A DNA stretch of 64,000 nt, from the IMG/VR virus record IMGVR_UViG_3300033047_000016; one strand, given 5' to 3'. Of this stretch, positions 1-9,728 are shown one piece after another; within the stretch, counting starts at the first letter, position 1; each line of letters starts with the position of its first letter. The translations under genes and the position numbers were made by a program. The DNA is from a virus. The notes under the pieces are model-generated. The model was not told the origin of the DNA, searched no databases, and was given only the letters and a program-made list of their open reading frames with translations.

Positions 1-1
1 T

Positions 2-406
2 GTTATCAAGCCGGGAAGCCTCGAAATTGGCACTGTCACTTATCAGGAATGTATCGACGTAACCGATGTAGATCACCCGGACAACGCTGCTTGGGACGCC
101 GGAGATATTGCCCGCAACAGCGTAGGGGATTACTCCTTGTTTTCGGTACACTTCTATGATGGCGATGAAGTATTCGTGTCGCCAGATGGTGAAGAGTCCG
201 TTCTTCGTGTCGTCATACCCATCGAGGAAGAAGAAGTAGCTGAGGAAACACTCACGTTTTTGCATGAGGCCACTCGGCAGGCGTTCACAGCCACACAGGT
301 CGTCAATATCGTTGATGATATCGGGCAGCGTGGCTTCCAGCGGGAATATGATATCCCACGCACGACTGTACAAGAATGGCTGAAAGCCATCCGAGCCGCC
401 GCGTAA
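2..406 (+). CDS. Hypothetical protein, 5'-truncated by window edge
   Basis: Frame is open from base 2 through the listed 137..406 ORF; followed by a hairpin at about 415-440. Confidence 0.7.
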   Translation, partial: VIKPGSLEIGTVTYQECIDVTDVDHPDNAAWDAGDIARNSVGDYSLFSVHFYDGDEVFVSPDGEESVLRVVIPIEEEEVAEETLTFLHEATRQAFTATQVVNIVDDIGQRGFQREYDIPRTTVQEWLKAIRAAA

Positions 407-459
407 CAAGATAGCCTCGCAGCACCATGTTGCGGGGCACCACCATCTAGGAGAAGAAA

Positions 460-876
460 ATGGGTTACTCATCCGACGGAATTTTGGTTTATGGCATCTT
501 GCTAGAGGGCGAAGACGGTGACGTTCCTGAGTTTTTCAAGCAGGTATTAACTGAAGAAGAACTGGACGACTACGGTGTCGATATGGACAAGTACATTGAC
601 ATCGTTTCAGACACCGAAGACGCGGAATACGCTGTTAGGAAAAAAGCTCACGATTCGTACCCAGTTGGTTTGTGTATGCACTGCTCTTACGACTATGCAA
701 TGTACATACTGGCGGTACCAAATACCGAAGTAACCGCCAGTAGAGGTTACCCACACGGATTCAAGGATGGGTTGCCAGAGGTTTCCCCAATGGCTGTTAG
801 CTTGTTCACTGCGTGGGCAAAAGAACACGATATTCAGGGTGAGCCTTGCTGGATTTTGTGTTCACTTGCGGGTTAA
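460..876 (+). CDS. Hypothetical protein
   Basis: 138 aa ORF, AGGAG RBS. Confidence 0.8.
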   Translation: MGYSSDGILVYGILLEGEDGDVPEFFKQVLTEEELDDYGVDMDKYIDIVSDTEDAEYAVRKKAHDSYPVGLCMHCSYDYAMYILAVPNTEVTASRGYPHGFKDGLPEVSPMAVSLFTAWAKEHDIQGEPCWILCSLAG

Positions 877-905
877 CACCACACGAATTATATCAGGAGA
901 AGAAA

Positions 906-1088
906 ATGGACCAGTTGCGCATGACCGTCATAGTTGACGGTAAAGAAGAGACACGCCCAGTGTCACACACACAGATCAACCCAATCACACGTATGTGGGA
1001 AGATCAGCCTGTTGTGAATTACGGGGAACTAATTTCACGTGACCAAAATGGTGTGGTCACCATCATAAAAGGGGTGCACAGCCAATGA
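906..1088 (+). CDS. Hypothetical protein
   Basis: AGGAG RBS before ATG 906; ATGA overlap with ligase. Confidence 0.65.
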   Translation: MDQLRMTVIVDGKEETRPVSHTQINPITRMWEDQPVVNYGELISRDQNGVVTIIKGVHSQ

Positions 1089-2089
1089 GCAAATTCCAAA
1101 AACTGACAAGCATTGAATCGTTTGCCCACGTCTACCGCCACCAGCAATATTTTGACACCCCGGCTGTTGTTCAGTACGGTGCAAAGATCAAATTGCATGG
1201 GTCAAACGCGGCTGTGCGTTTGGGCGGGGACGGTACAGTGGTAGCACAATCACGTTCGCGTGACATCTTCGTTGGTGATGATAACTACGGGTTTGCTGCT
1301 TGGGTCAAGGAGAACGAGGAAGCGTGGCGCATGCCTAGCACCGACAAGCTGCGTGCGATGGTCGGAGACGTTATTTACTACGGAGAATGGGGCGGATTGG
1401 GTATCCAAAAAGGGGATGCTGTGACCAAACTTGATGCCAAGTATTTCTTCGTCTTCGCCGTGCGTACAGGTGACAATTACATCACCACACCAGCCGACAT
1501 TGAGTTGACCATCCCAGACCTCGACAACATCATCGTAATTCCGTGGGACATCATCTTTGAAGAGTCGGTTGACTTTGGTAACGCTGATGAATGTGAATCA
1601 TTCGGAGATATGTTGAACGAACGTGTGAAAGATATCGAGGAACGCGACCCATTCATTCACGGAATCTTTGGCATCGACGCACCGGGGGAGGGCTGGGTTA
1701 TCAGCCCTGTCTGCAACCCCGGAAGTGATCCGCTGGACGGACAGCTAGACGTTGATTGGTACAATCACCTGACGTTCAAGGTCAAGGTTGAGGGTCACAA
1801 CGTTAACAAAGGGCCATCGGCTGCACGCGACATCGTTGTGCCAGAGGGTGTTTCGGAGTTCGTTGAAATGTTTGTCACCGAGGCGCGGTGCCAACAGGGC
1901 CTGTCTGAGGAGCTTGGTGGAAACGCCATTCCAGAGAAGACAGGGCATTTCCTCAAATGGGTAAACACGGATATCATCAAGGAATCTGTGGAGGAACTTT
2001 CAGATGCGGGGCTTGTTTGGAAAGATGTACAGCGTGGGGTTGCTGGCGCAGCCCGGACATGGTTCTTGGAAAAATGTAAGGAGATATGA
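1085..2089 (+). CDS. RNA ligase, Rnl2 family
   Basis: Nucleotidyltransferase motifs KLHGSN (I), YGEW (III), FFVFAV (IIIa), EGWV (IV), FKVK (V). Confidence 0.85.
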   Translation: MSKFQKLTSIESFAHVYRHQQYFDTPAVVQYGAKIKLHGSNAAVRLGGDGTVVAQSRSRDIFVGDDNYGFAAWVKENEEAWRMPSTDKLRAMVGDVIYYGEWGGLGIQKGDAVTKLDAKYFFVFAVRTGDNYITTPADIELTIPDLDNIIVIPWDIIFEESVDFGNADECESFGDMLNERVKDIEERDPFIHGIFGIDAPGEGWVISPVCNPGSDPLDGQLDVDWYNHLTFKVKVEGHNVNKGPSAARDIVVPEGVSEFVEMFVTEARCQQGLSEELGGNAIPEKTGHFLKWVNTDIIKESVEELSDAGLVWKDVQRGVAGAARTWFLEKCKEI

Positions 2090-2093
2090 AGTC

Positions 2094-2252
2094 ATGAAAA
2101 ACGAAAATAACACAAACACAGTGAATGAAGTGGTGACTAAGCCGCCGTCGCGGCAAGTTCGTCGGCAGATGCAGCGCGCCAAGGACAAGGCTGGTACACG
2201 GCACCTTAACGAGAGCGTCATGAGAAAGAATCAAAAGCGCGGAGCGCGCTGA
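2094..2252 (+). CDS. Small basic hypothetical protein
   Basis: Fills the gap between neighbours, TGATG overlap with next gene. Confidence 0.5.
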   Translation: MKNENNTNTVNEVVTKPPSRQVRRQMQRAKDKAGTRHLNESVMRKNQKRGAR

Positions 2253-2773
2253 TGTTCGAAGTGACAGTTACCCGTGACATGGTCGGGGAGTCATTCGTAA
2301 AGGCGCAAGAAATTGGTGTGTTGCACAACTCCATAGAAAAGGGGGAGGGCAATTTAATTGGCTGCATCGGCGAGTTTGTTGTTGCGCAGGCGCTTGACGC
2401 TGACGTAGATAACACGTTTGATTACGATCTTGTTAAAGACGGAAAGACCGTTGATGTAAAGACCAAGAAGTCTGGACCGAAACCAAAAGGTAATTACGAG
2501 GCGTCGGTTGCAGACTTCAACACCGCACAAAAATGTGACTATTATTTCTTTGTGAGGGTCACTCCGCGCATGCACAAAGCGTATGTACTGGGGTTTTATC
2601 CGAAGACAGCGTTCTACGCCGACAGTAAGTTTCACACGAAGGGAGAATACGACTTCTCCAACAACTTCAAATTCCACGCCGATTGCCACAACATACGACA
2701 TGATTTGTTGCTTGGCTGGGATGCAAAAACACCGGAAGAGCTAAGAAAAGCATGGCAGCATTTGACCGCATAA
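2252..2773 (+). CDS. PD-(D/E)xK family endonuclease
   Basis: GCIGE...FDYDL...VDVKTK restriction-endonuclease-like motif. Confidence 0.7.
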   Translation: MFEVTVTRDMVGESFVKAQEIGVLHNSIEKGEGNLIGCIGEFVVAQALDADVDNTFDYDLVKDGKTVDVKTKKSGPKPKGNYEASVADFNTAQKCDYYFFVRVTPRMHKAYVLGFYPKTAFYADSKFHTKGEYDFSNNFKFHADCHNIRHDLLLGWDAKTPEELRKAWQHLTA

Positions 2774-5646
2774 ACGGTGAATTCACCACACGATTTGCAG
2801 ATGGACGATCAGGGTGTAAAAAGCCGGATCGTTTCATGTTTAAAAGGAATGGATGGTCGTGGGACGTCAATACGAAGGGGTGGACCACACCAGACATTGA
2901 GAACGCACGTCCACTCATAAAGCACGCGGTCGGTGCCGCCAAAGAGCATCTGGTAGTGGCTGAGCGCGTGCGCGAGGCTATTGTAGCGGAATCTTGGGCC
3001 GAGGATACCGAAACAATCTTTCCGGCCCCTGACGGGGAGCATTACCTACCCTTTCAAAAGGCTGGGATAGAGTACGCCATAAAACGCAAACACACTCTGA
3101 TCGCTGACCCACCCGGTCTAGGTAAATCGCAACCAGTAGATGAGCCTGTGTTGACCCCGAATGGGTGGACAACCATGGGAGAGTTGCGTGTTGGGGATTT
3201 TGTGGTTGGGGTGGACGGGAGAAAAACCAAAGTAGTTGGAGTTTTTCCGCAAGGTATTTTAGATACATATCAGGTAAAGTTTTCTGACGGTGCGTCCACT
3301 TTCTGTAGCAATTCACACTTATGGGCTGTGGCAGATTCCAATAGACGTAAACGCACAAACGATTTTACTGTAAAACCTCTATCTGAAATATCTGATCGTG
3401 GATTGAAAGAAGGTACACGCAAAAAGTGGACTGTACCGGTTATGGGTCCTGTGGAATTTCCCGAGAGAAAGTTTGTGATACCCCCATATACATTGGGGGT
3501 GCTGCTGGGTGATGGGAGTTTACATCAATCCAGCCCATGTGTGTCAATCGCAAATTTTGAGTCAGAAATAAAAGATAGACTGGAAGCAGAGATTCTGCCG
3601 GGATACCGACTACACAGCGCCCGAAAAGCAGATAAAACTAATCGCTGTAAGCAGTATACAATAAGTCGCCCACGCTGTGGCTCATCTCCATCAACATATA
3701 TGACCGAATTACGGCGATTAAATCTGGCAGTTAAGGGTGATAAAAAAAGAATTCCAGCGGAATATTTAACAGCCTCAGCAGAACAACGGCTTGAGCTTTT
3801 GCGGGGTCTCATGGATTCTGATGGAAGTGCACGCCAAAACAGAATAACGTTCCATTCGTGCAATCCTTATCTGGCGGCGGACGTACAGCAGCTTGTGTGG
3901 TCTTTAGGAGGCATTGCCAGTGAGCGTACCTACGTGCGACACGATGGAAAGTCCGATGAAACGAGAATCAACGTAACGCTCGACACATGCCCGTTTCACT
4001 TGACTAGAAAAGCCACCGAATGGTCCCCAAATCGCAGGCACCACCGTGTCCGAAGGTTTATTGACTCTATTACCAAGGTAGGGAAGAGTCCTCACGTATG
4101 TATTTCTGTAGCTGCGGCTGACAACTTATACGTCACTAGAGATTATGTTGTGACACACAATACAATTCAGGCAATCGGAGTGCACAATGCAACAAAAGCC
4201 AAACGTGTTTTAGTGGTGTGCCCAGCGTCATTGAAAGTGAACTGGAAGCGGGAATGGGAAAAATGGGATGTGCATGGCCTTTCCGTAGGCATTGCACACT
4301 CAAAAACCAGAACAAAAACAGTAAAAGAAATAGTCGAAGGCGTGGAAGAAAAGTGGGTAAAGCGCTGGACTGAGCACGTGTGGCCTGACACAGATGTTGT
4401 GATGATAAATTACGACATGCTGGATGCGTTTAACGACGCCGTAAAAGATGTGTCGTGGGACTTGCTGATTTGTGATGAGGCGCATCTTTTAAAAACAAAG
4501 ACGGCACTGCGCACATTATGTGTGTTCGGCGGGGCACGAAAGGGTGCCAGAAAAAATGGAATACAAACCAGAAAGCCAAAGACCTATACTGCAATTGAAG
4601 CAACCAAGACACTGTTTCTGACCGGAACACCTATTCTATCCAAGCCGGTTGAGCTATGGAACCTTATTAGAATCTGTGATCGTCCCGGTCTCGGTAAGAA
4701 CTATGATGATTTTGTCTTCGACTTCTGCGGTGCATATTATGAAGGTGACCATTTAAATGTTATGGGAGCATCCAATTCCGACGAATTGAATCGGCTGATG
4801 CGTGAGAGATTTATGGTACGCAGAGACAAGCGCTCTGTATTAAAAGAATTGCCAGACAAGACTCGCGAATTGATAATGTTGCCGCAGGATAAATTAGAGA
4901 AGCCAGTTAAAAAAGAACTGTCTCGAATGGAATCTGCGCTGAATGTGTACGAAAGTATAATTGGAATAAGCGAAGAAGACCGGTCATTCCGATACATAAA
5001 GGCCATTGAATCTCTCACAGACAAGCTTGCAAAAGCACTCGAAGAACAAGACAGCGAAACTCCTAATTGGGATTTAGCTGTAAAGACAATGGAAGAACCT
5101 GATCAAATTTTGTTCACAGAAATAAGTCTGGCACGAGAAGAAGTTGCAATTGCAAAAGTTGGAATGGTGGTAGAACACATCAAGAAGCTGGTAGATTCCG
5201 AGGAGCCAGTGATTTGTTTTGCGTATCACAAGTCTGTGATATCGACAATAAAAGAACGCTTGGAGAAGGTAGGCATAAGCGTTGGTGTGGTCACAGGATC
5301 AGTGGCATCAAACAAGCGGCAGCAGGTCGTTGACGACTTTCAATCAGGTTCGTACGATGTGATCCTTGGAAACATAATCGCCATGGGTGTTGGCTTCACG
5401 CTAACGCGTGCCAGTTTCGTTGTGTTCGCTGAGTTGGATTGGGTGCCAGCACTCATCGAACAGGCTGAAGACAGGGCGTGGCGGTACGGCCAACTTAATG
5501 CTGTACTTGTCCAGCATCTTGTGGTAGATGGGTCCATCGAAGCACGGATGGCGATTGCGCTGTTGGACAAAATGGGAGTAATACATGACACACTGGATTA
5601 TCGCGATACCCCTTATCCTTATGACGACGATGTCAGCGATGGCTGA
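2752..5646 (+). CDS. SNF2/SF2-type DNA helicase precursor with intein
   Basis: PFQ Q-motif, ADPPGLGK[intein]T Walker A, DEAH, LTGTP, QAEDRAWRYGQ motif VI. Confidence 0.92.
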   Translation: MAAFDRINGEFTTRFADGRSGCKKPDRFMFKRNGWSWDVNTKGWTTPDIENARPLIKHAVGAAKEHLVVAERVREAIVAESWAEDTETIFPAPDGEHYLPFQKAGIEYAIKRKHTLIADPPGLGKSQPVDEPVLTPNGWTTMGELRVGDFVVGVDGRKTKVVGVFPQGILDTYQVKFSDGASTFCSNSHLWAVADSNRRKRTNDFTVKPLSEISDRGLKEGTRKKWTVPVMGPVEFPERKFVIPPYTLGVLLGDGSLHQSSPCVSIANFESEIKDRLEAEILPGYRLHSARKADKTNRCKQYTISRPRCGSSPSTYMTELRRLNLAVKGDKKRIPAEYLTASAEQRLELLRGLMDSDGSARQNRITFHSCNPYLAADVQQLVWSLGGIASERTYVRHDGKSDETRINVTLDTCPFHLTRKATEWSPNRRHHRVRRFIDSITKVGKSPHVCISVAAADNLYVTRDYVVTHNTIQAIGVHNATKAKRVLVVCPASLKVNWKREWEKWDVHGLSVGIAHSKTRTKTVKEIVEGVEEKWVKRWTEHVWPDTDVVMINYDMLDAFNDAVKDVSWDLLICDEAHLLKTKTALRTLCVFGGARKGARKNGIQTRKPKTYTAIEATKTLFLTGTPILSKPVELWNLIRICDRPGLGKNYDDFVFDFCGAYYEGDHLNVMGASNSDELNRLMRERFMVRRDKRSVLKELPDKTRELIMLPQDKLEKPVKKELSRMESALNVYESIIGISEEDRSFRYIKAIESLTDKLAKALEEQDSETPNWDLAVKTMEEPDQILFTEISLAREEVAIAKVGMVVEHIKKLVDSEEPVICFAYHKSVISTIKERLEKVGISVGVVTGSVASNKRQQVVDDFQSGSYDVILGNIIAMGVGFTLTRASFVVFAELDWVPALIEQAEDRAWRYGQLNAVLVQHLVVDGSIEARMAIALLDKMGVIHDTLDYRDTPYPYDDDVSDG
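3127..4161 (+). mobile_element. Intein (345 aa) with LAGLIDADG homing endonuclease
   Basis: Starts SQPVDEPVLTPNGW, ends YVVTHN followed by Thr+1; LGVLLGDGS and LRGLMDSDG blocks; removal restores GLGKT. Confidence 0.93.
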
Positions 5647-5941
5647 GACTCCGTGTCGAACGAATCACCGAGGTCAAGCCGTCTGTAAAGACGCCGCTGG
5701 TGACCAGTGGACCCAGCGAAAAGACCATCGAGACAGGACCATTTGGGTCAATCAAAGAACACATGAACGGGTTCGCGAGCGGGTGAACAACAACCGTGGC
5801 GTGGACTTCATCGCATCCAATGGCGCAACCGTTGGACGCACCACTAAGCGATCCGGGAATCGGACCCGCATTGAATCCAGCGGGGGTATTCTCGTGTGCC
5901 GACCTGATCCTAAAAGGCTCATACGCTGTCATAAAGAGTAA
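5585..5941 (+). CDS. Small putative exported protein
   Basis: Hydrophobic N-terminus ending AMA; cysteines; basic. Confidence 0.6.
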   Translation: MTHWIIAIPLILMTTMSAMAETPCRTNHRGQAVCKDAAGDQWTQRKDHRDRTIWVNQRTHERVRERVNNNRGVDFIASNGATVGRTTKRSGNRTRIESSGGILVCRPDPKRLIRCHKE

Positions 5942-5948
5942 TTACCTG

Positions 5949-5978
5949 TTGACACGTTGTAAAACACCTAGTACAAAG
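5949..5978 (+). promoter_or_regulatory. Putative sigma70-like promoter for HD/endonuclease/polymerase genes
   Basis: Intergenic TTGACA with TACAAA about 18 nt downstream; similar intergenic TTGACA near 9679, 12673, 16712, 19223. Confidence 0.55.
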
Positions 5979-6002
5979 CTATCACACAAATAAGGAAAAA
6001 GC

Positions 6003-6617
6003 ATGGAAAGCCCATGGATTTTAACGGCATCAGGCCGTAAGTACCACTATTTGAATAACGACCCGACTGAATTTCACGTACCAGACATGGCAGCATCGCT
6101 GTCGAGAATATGTCGGTACAACGGGCACCTGTCAGATCAATACGACGACGACATTTACAGCGTGGCACAACACAGTGTGTATGTGTACTGGCTGTTGGTG
6201 AAGGTCGGTGCCCCAAAGCGCGCACTGCCGTGGGCCATTGCTCATGATATGCCAGAAGCCTATTGGACTGATGTGCCAAGCCCTCTCAAATCCATTCTGC
6301 CGGAATACAAGCGCTTGGAGCACGGCGCTGGGGAGCTTATGCGCCACTATCTAGGCATTCCGCACGACGACGAAATTGAACGTGTTGTCAAGTGGGCTGA
6401 TATGCAGATTCTCTATGCCGAAAGTCAGGAGATAACCAGCATCCCATCGGAACTGTGGGATACTGGAATGAAAGCCGATTACACGCTACAGGAGATTGAC
6501 GAAAACTTCTGCCTGTGGCGTCCGAGATTGGCAAGGAAAATGTTCATGCAGGAGTACGACAAAGCAATGCAACACGCACACAAATCAGGAGGGCTGCAGT
6601 ATGCCAACGCATCTTAA
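6003..6617 (+). CDS. HD-domain 5'-deoxynucleotidase (YfbR/YfdR-like)
   Basis: CRYNGH, YSVAQHSV, HDMPEAY..DVPSPLK, VKWAD. Confidence 0.88.
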   Translation: MESPWILTASGRKYHYLNNDPTEFHVPDMAASLSRICRYNGHLSDQYDDDIYSVAQHSVYVYWLLVKVGAPKRALPWAIAHDMPEAYWTDVPSPLKSILPEYKRLEHGAGELMRHYLGIPHDDEIERVVKWADMQILYAESQEITSIPSELWDTGMKADYTLQEIDENFCLWRPRLARKMFMQEYDKAMQHAHKSGGLQYANAS

Positions 6618-7134
6618 TATGCGCTACGCGGAGATTGAATCTCTGTGGCCCGGAATCCAAGCATTCCAAGCCCTCGCCGACCAATACGGCGTGCCGGATA
6701 TTTTTGCTGACAACGGCGGAAAGGTTGTTCAACTTGCCGTTGCAACAGGTCTCGATATTGTGCCCGGACGAATGGGAGCAGACTACGCCGACCGCATGGG
6801 AAATGAATACGAGGTCAAGACGGTAAACACCGCCAAGAACGTTCGGGGTTTCACTACCAATCACCATCTAACCAAGAAGACGATTGGTAATTACCGCACG
6901 CGTCGGTGGGTGTTTGCAATGTACGACAACATCACGCTGGATGAAGCATACCTTGTAGAGTCAATAGAAATGGAATCAATTTTCATGAAGTGGGAGTTGG
7001 CACTTGGGGGAAAGAGGGACCACCTCAACAATCCAAAAATCCCCATTGACTTCGTCCGCCAAGTTGGTACGGTCATGTATATGAAAGACGTGGCCCCGGC
7101 ATGGATTTCTGGTAAGAAAATGGCGGTGGCGTGA
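6601..7134 (+). CDS. PvuII-like type II restriction endonuclease
   Basis: Colinear with R.PvuII as recalled: LWPGIQ, DIFADNGGK, PGRMGAD, EYEVK, GFTTNHH, NNPKIP; GGAGG RBS upstream. Confidence 0.9.
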   Translation: MPTHLNMRYAEIESLWPGIQAFQALADQYGVPDIFADNGGKVVQLAVATGLDIVPGRMGADYADRMGNEYEVKTVNTAKNVRGFTTNHHLTKKTIGNYRTRRWVFAMYDNITLDEAYLVESIEMESIFMKWELALGGKRDHLNNPKIPIDFVRQVGTVMYMKDVAPAWISGKKMAVA

Positions 7135-7433
7135 CACACACTAAATTTCTTGAAGCAATGGTCCTCGTCACGCTATTCTGCGTGGTGGGGGCGACAACGG
7201 CCTACGGAGAAGATGTAGACTTCTTCTGCAACAGTGCTACCGCCGCCGAGGCATCTGTGGACCCAGAAATACGAAAGCAACTAATTGAGACCACTACCTG
7301 TGGCTATTTTACACAGAGATATGGTTTCATGTCTAAAGGCACGCTGACACACGTAAAAGATGTTGACGGGACAGACAAGTCAGTCTATTTTGTTGACTAT
7401 GGAAATGGCACCTACACATACACGGTAAAATAA
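7131..7433 (+). CDS. Small putative exported protein
   Basis: Signal-peptide-like LVTLFCVVGATTAYG; overlaps both neighbours. Confidence 0.65.
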   Translation: MTHTKFLEAMVLVTLFCVVGATTAYGEDVDFFCNSATAAEASVDPEIRKQLIETTTCGYFTQRYGFMSKGTLTHVKDVDGTDKSVYFVDYGNGTYTYTVK

Positions 7434-9670
7434 TGCAATCAGCATTCGATCACATAATCTTCGACATTGAAACGAACGGGCTGCTCCCGGCGCACATTGA
7501 CCCGCCGTTCTGCATGGACCGTATTCATTGCCTGTCTATAAAAGACATAGAAACCGGAGAGCATCGCAGTTATGTGAACGACGATTTATTTCCTCTGAAT
7601 TCTCTGGTCCTTGATGCCCTGCGTGAGTTGGGCCACAATTACGTGCGTCCATTGTCTGAAGGTATTGAGTTATTGTCGAATGCCGTGACCTTGATCGGTC
7701 ACAACATAATTGACTTTGATCTACCAGCAATTGAAATGATCTATCCAGACTTTCAAACGGACGCGCGCATAATCGACACACTGGTTATGGTGCGCATGTG
7801 CTTTGCTGACATCAAAGAAAAAGACTTCAGGATGGCTGCACGTGGCACACTTGAGGGTAAGTTCATTGGTACGCAGGGTTTGGAAGCTTGGGGACAGCGG
7901 CTTGGTTTGGCCAAAGGCGATTACAAAAAAGATCGCGAATTAGAATTGAAGGCGCTACACAAAGAGCGCAGCCTAGAGCCGCCCACAAAAGAAGAACTGC
8001 ACCACTATGTGTGGGGCACGTGGAATGTGCCAATGCACGATTACATGGTTCTCGACGTGGACGTCAACGACAAATTGTGGATCAAGATTGACGAAACCAA
8101 TTGGTCGCGCGAGTCGATGCGTCTTGAGCACGAAATTCACGCACTTATGGTGCAGCAGGAACGCAACGGGTTCTTCTTTGATGAAGTCCGCGCACGCAAG
8201 CTTGGAGACAAGTTGCAGGCCGAATATGATATTTTTGCAGGCGAAGCAACCGACGAGATTGGACGCTGGTTCCGCCCATCACGTTGGCATTCTCAAGAAG
8301 AGGATGGCTCTGGAATTGATTTAGATCGCGGCGAGAATAAAAAACGCCGTTCGTGGGGCAACATCGACGTACCAAAGCGCACGATAAGCTACTCCAAATC
8401 GAATGCAAAACTAGATGGCGACTATCGAAAGATGCGCGCCAGTACTGTAAAAGACGTGCCATTCGTACGTGTGGAACTGCGCGACTTTAACCCCAATAGT
8501 CGCCAGCAGATTGTTGATCGGCTGTCACATCTTTATGGGTGGACACCGCAGGACTTCACCGAGAAAGGTAGCCCCAGAGTTGACGATGAGATTCTGCGTA
8601 ACTTAGTAGACGAGATACCGCTGGCAAGGGTGCTCGCTGAGTTGTTCTACTACAAAAAGCGTATAGGGATGGTTGTAGACGGAAAGAACGGCTGGTTGAA
8701 GCTCCTACGAAGCGACGGGCGTATTCATGGGCGAGTTAACGTCGGTGGCACTGTCACCGGTCGCGCTACGCACTCACGTCCAAATATCTCTCAGGTACCC
8801 GCCGTAAAAGTATTGGAGACGAAGGATTACAACAAGGGCCTAGATTGGATTGTCGAGCACAAGGATGCTGGGACATTCGTGGACGCCAGTTGGAGCGAGA
8901 AAAAGGGTGAATGGGCTATCTATGTTCGTGGGCGTAAAGGCGACCACGGGTGGGATTGCCGTGAGTTATTTACTGTTCCGGTTGGATATAAATTAGTTGG
9001 TTGTGACCTGTCCGGCATTGAATTCCGATGCCTTGCAAATCTGACATTCCAGTTCGATGATGGTGAACTTGTTGATATCGTTCTCAACGGGGATATCCAC
9101 CAGAGGAATGCAGACAGCGCCGGTATTTCGCGGTCCATCGCCAAGCGTCTTTTGTACGCAGCCATGTATGGAGGTGGGGACGGCAAGTTAGGATCAATCG
9201 TTGAGCCACTAGCTTCTGAAGGACGCCAGCGTTCACTAGGAAAGCAGTTGCGTGCCAAACTTATGGCAGCTATGCCGTCCTTGAACAAAGCGATCAAGGA
9301 GATTCATAAAGAAGCGCGTAAGAACGGCAACACTATTGCGGGCCTCGACGGACGCCGCCTTTATATTAGGGCCAAGCACGCCGCCTTGAATATGCGGTTG
9401 CAGTCAGATGGGGCTTTGATCGCCAAGAAATGGTGTCTCATGGTTGACGACGCCTTCTATGCGGAAGGCTGGGATCACGGCGTAGGTAAGGAATACGCGT
9501 TCTGTAGCTGGTCTCACGACGAGATTCAAATCTCAGTGCGTGAAGACTTGGCAGAACGCGCCGCCGAGATTATGGAACAGATGGCACCTGAAGCTGGCAA
9601 GTACTTCGGGTTCAACTGCCCTGTGGCGGCGGAGTCGAATATAGGTATGACGTGGGCTGAAACTCACTAA
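7433..9670 (+). CDS. polA: DNA polymerase family A, T7-like, with 3'-5' exonuclease
   Basis: DIETNG, HNIIDFD, TVTGR, DLSGIEFR (motif A), AKRLLYAAMYG (B), HDEIQ (C). Confidence 0.95.
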   Translation: MQSAFDHIIFDIETNGLLPAHIDPPFCMDRIHCLSIKDIETGEHRSYVNDDLFPLNSLVLDALRELGHNYVRPLSEGIELLSNAVTLIGHNIIDFDLPAIEMIYPDFQTDARIIDTLVMVRMCFADIKEKDFRMAARGTLEGKFIGTQGLEAWGQRLGLAKGDYKKDRELELKALHKERSLEPPTKEELHHYVWGTWNVPMHDYMVLDVDVNDKLWIKIDETNWSRESMRLEHEIHALMVQQERNGFFFDEVRARKLGDKLQAEYDIFAGEATDEIGRWFRPSRWHSQEEDGSGIDLDRGENKKRRSWGNIDVPKRTISYSKSNAKLDGDYRKMRASTVKDVPFVRVELRDFNPNSRQQIVDRLSHLYGWTPQDFTEKGSPRVDDEILRNLVDEIPLARVLAELFYYKKRIGMVVDGKNGWLKLLRSDGRIHGRVNVGGTVTGRATHSRPNISQVPAVKVLETKDYNKGLDWIVEHKDAGTFVDASWSEKKGEWAIYVRGRKGDHGWDCRELFTVPVGYKLVGCDLSGIEFRCLANLTFQFDDGELVDIVLNGDIHQRNADSAGISRSIAKRLLYAAMYGGGDGKLGSIVEPLASEGRQRSLGKQLRAKLMAAMPSLNKAIKEIHKEARKNGNTIAGLDGRRLYIRAKHAALNMRLQSDGALIAKKWCLMVDDAFYAEGWDHGVGKEYAFCSWSHDEIQISVREDLAERAAEIMEQMAPEAGKYFGFNCPVAAESNIGMTWAETH

Positions 9671-9728
9671 AATAACTCTTGACAAGGATTGAAGCTCTGA
9701 TATAAGGGCACTACTAAGGAAACGAATC

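Noticed and set aside
6601-7134. Complete type II R-M system, or NspBII-type CMGCKG specificity
   Set aside because: No MTase motifs nearby; CAGCGG/CCGCTG occur repeatedly (for example near 338)
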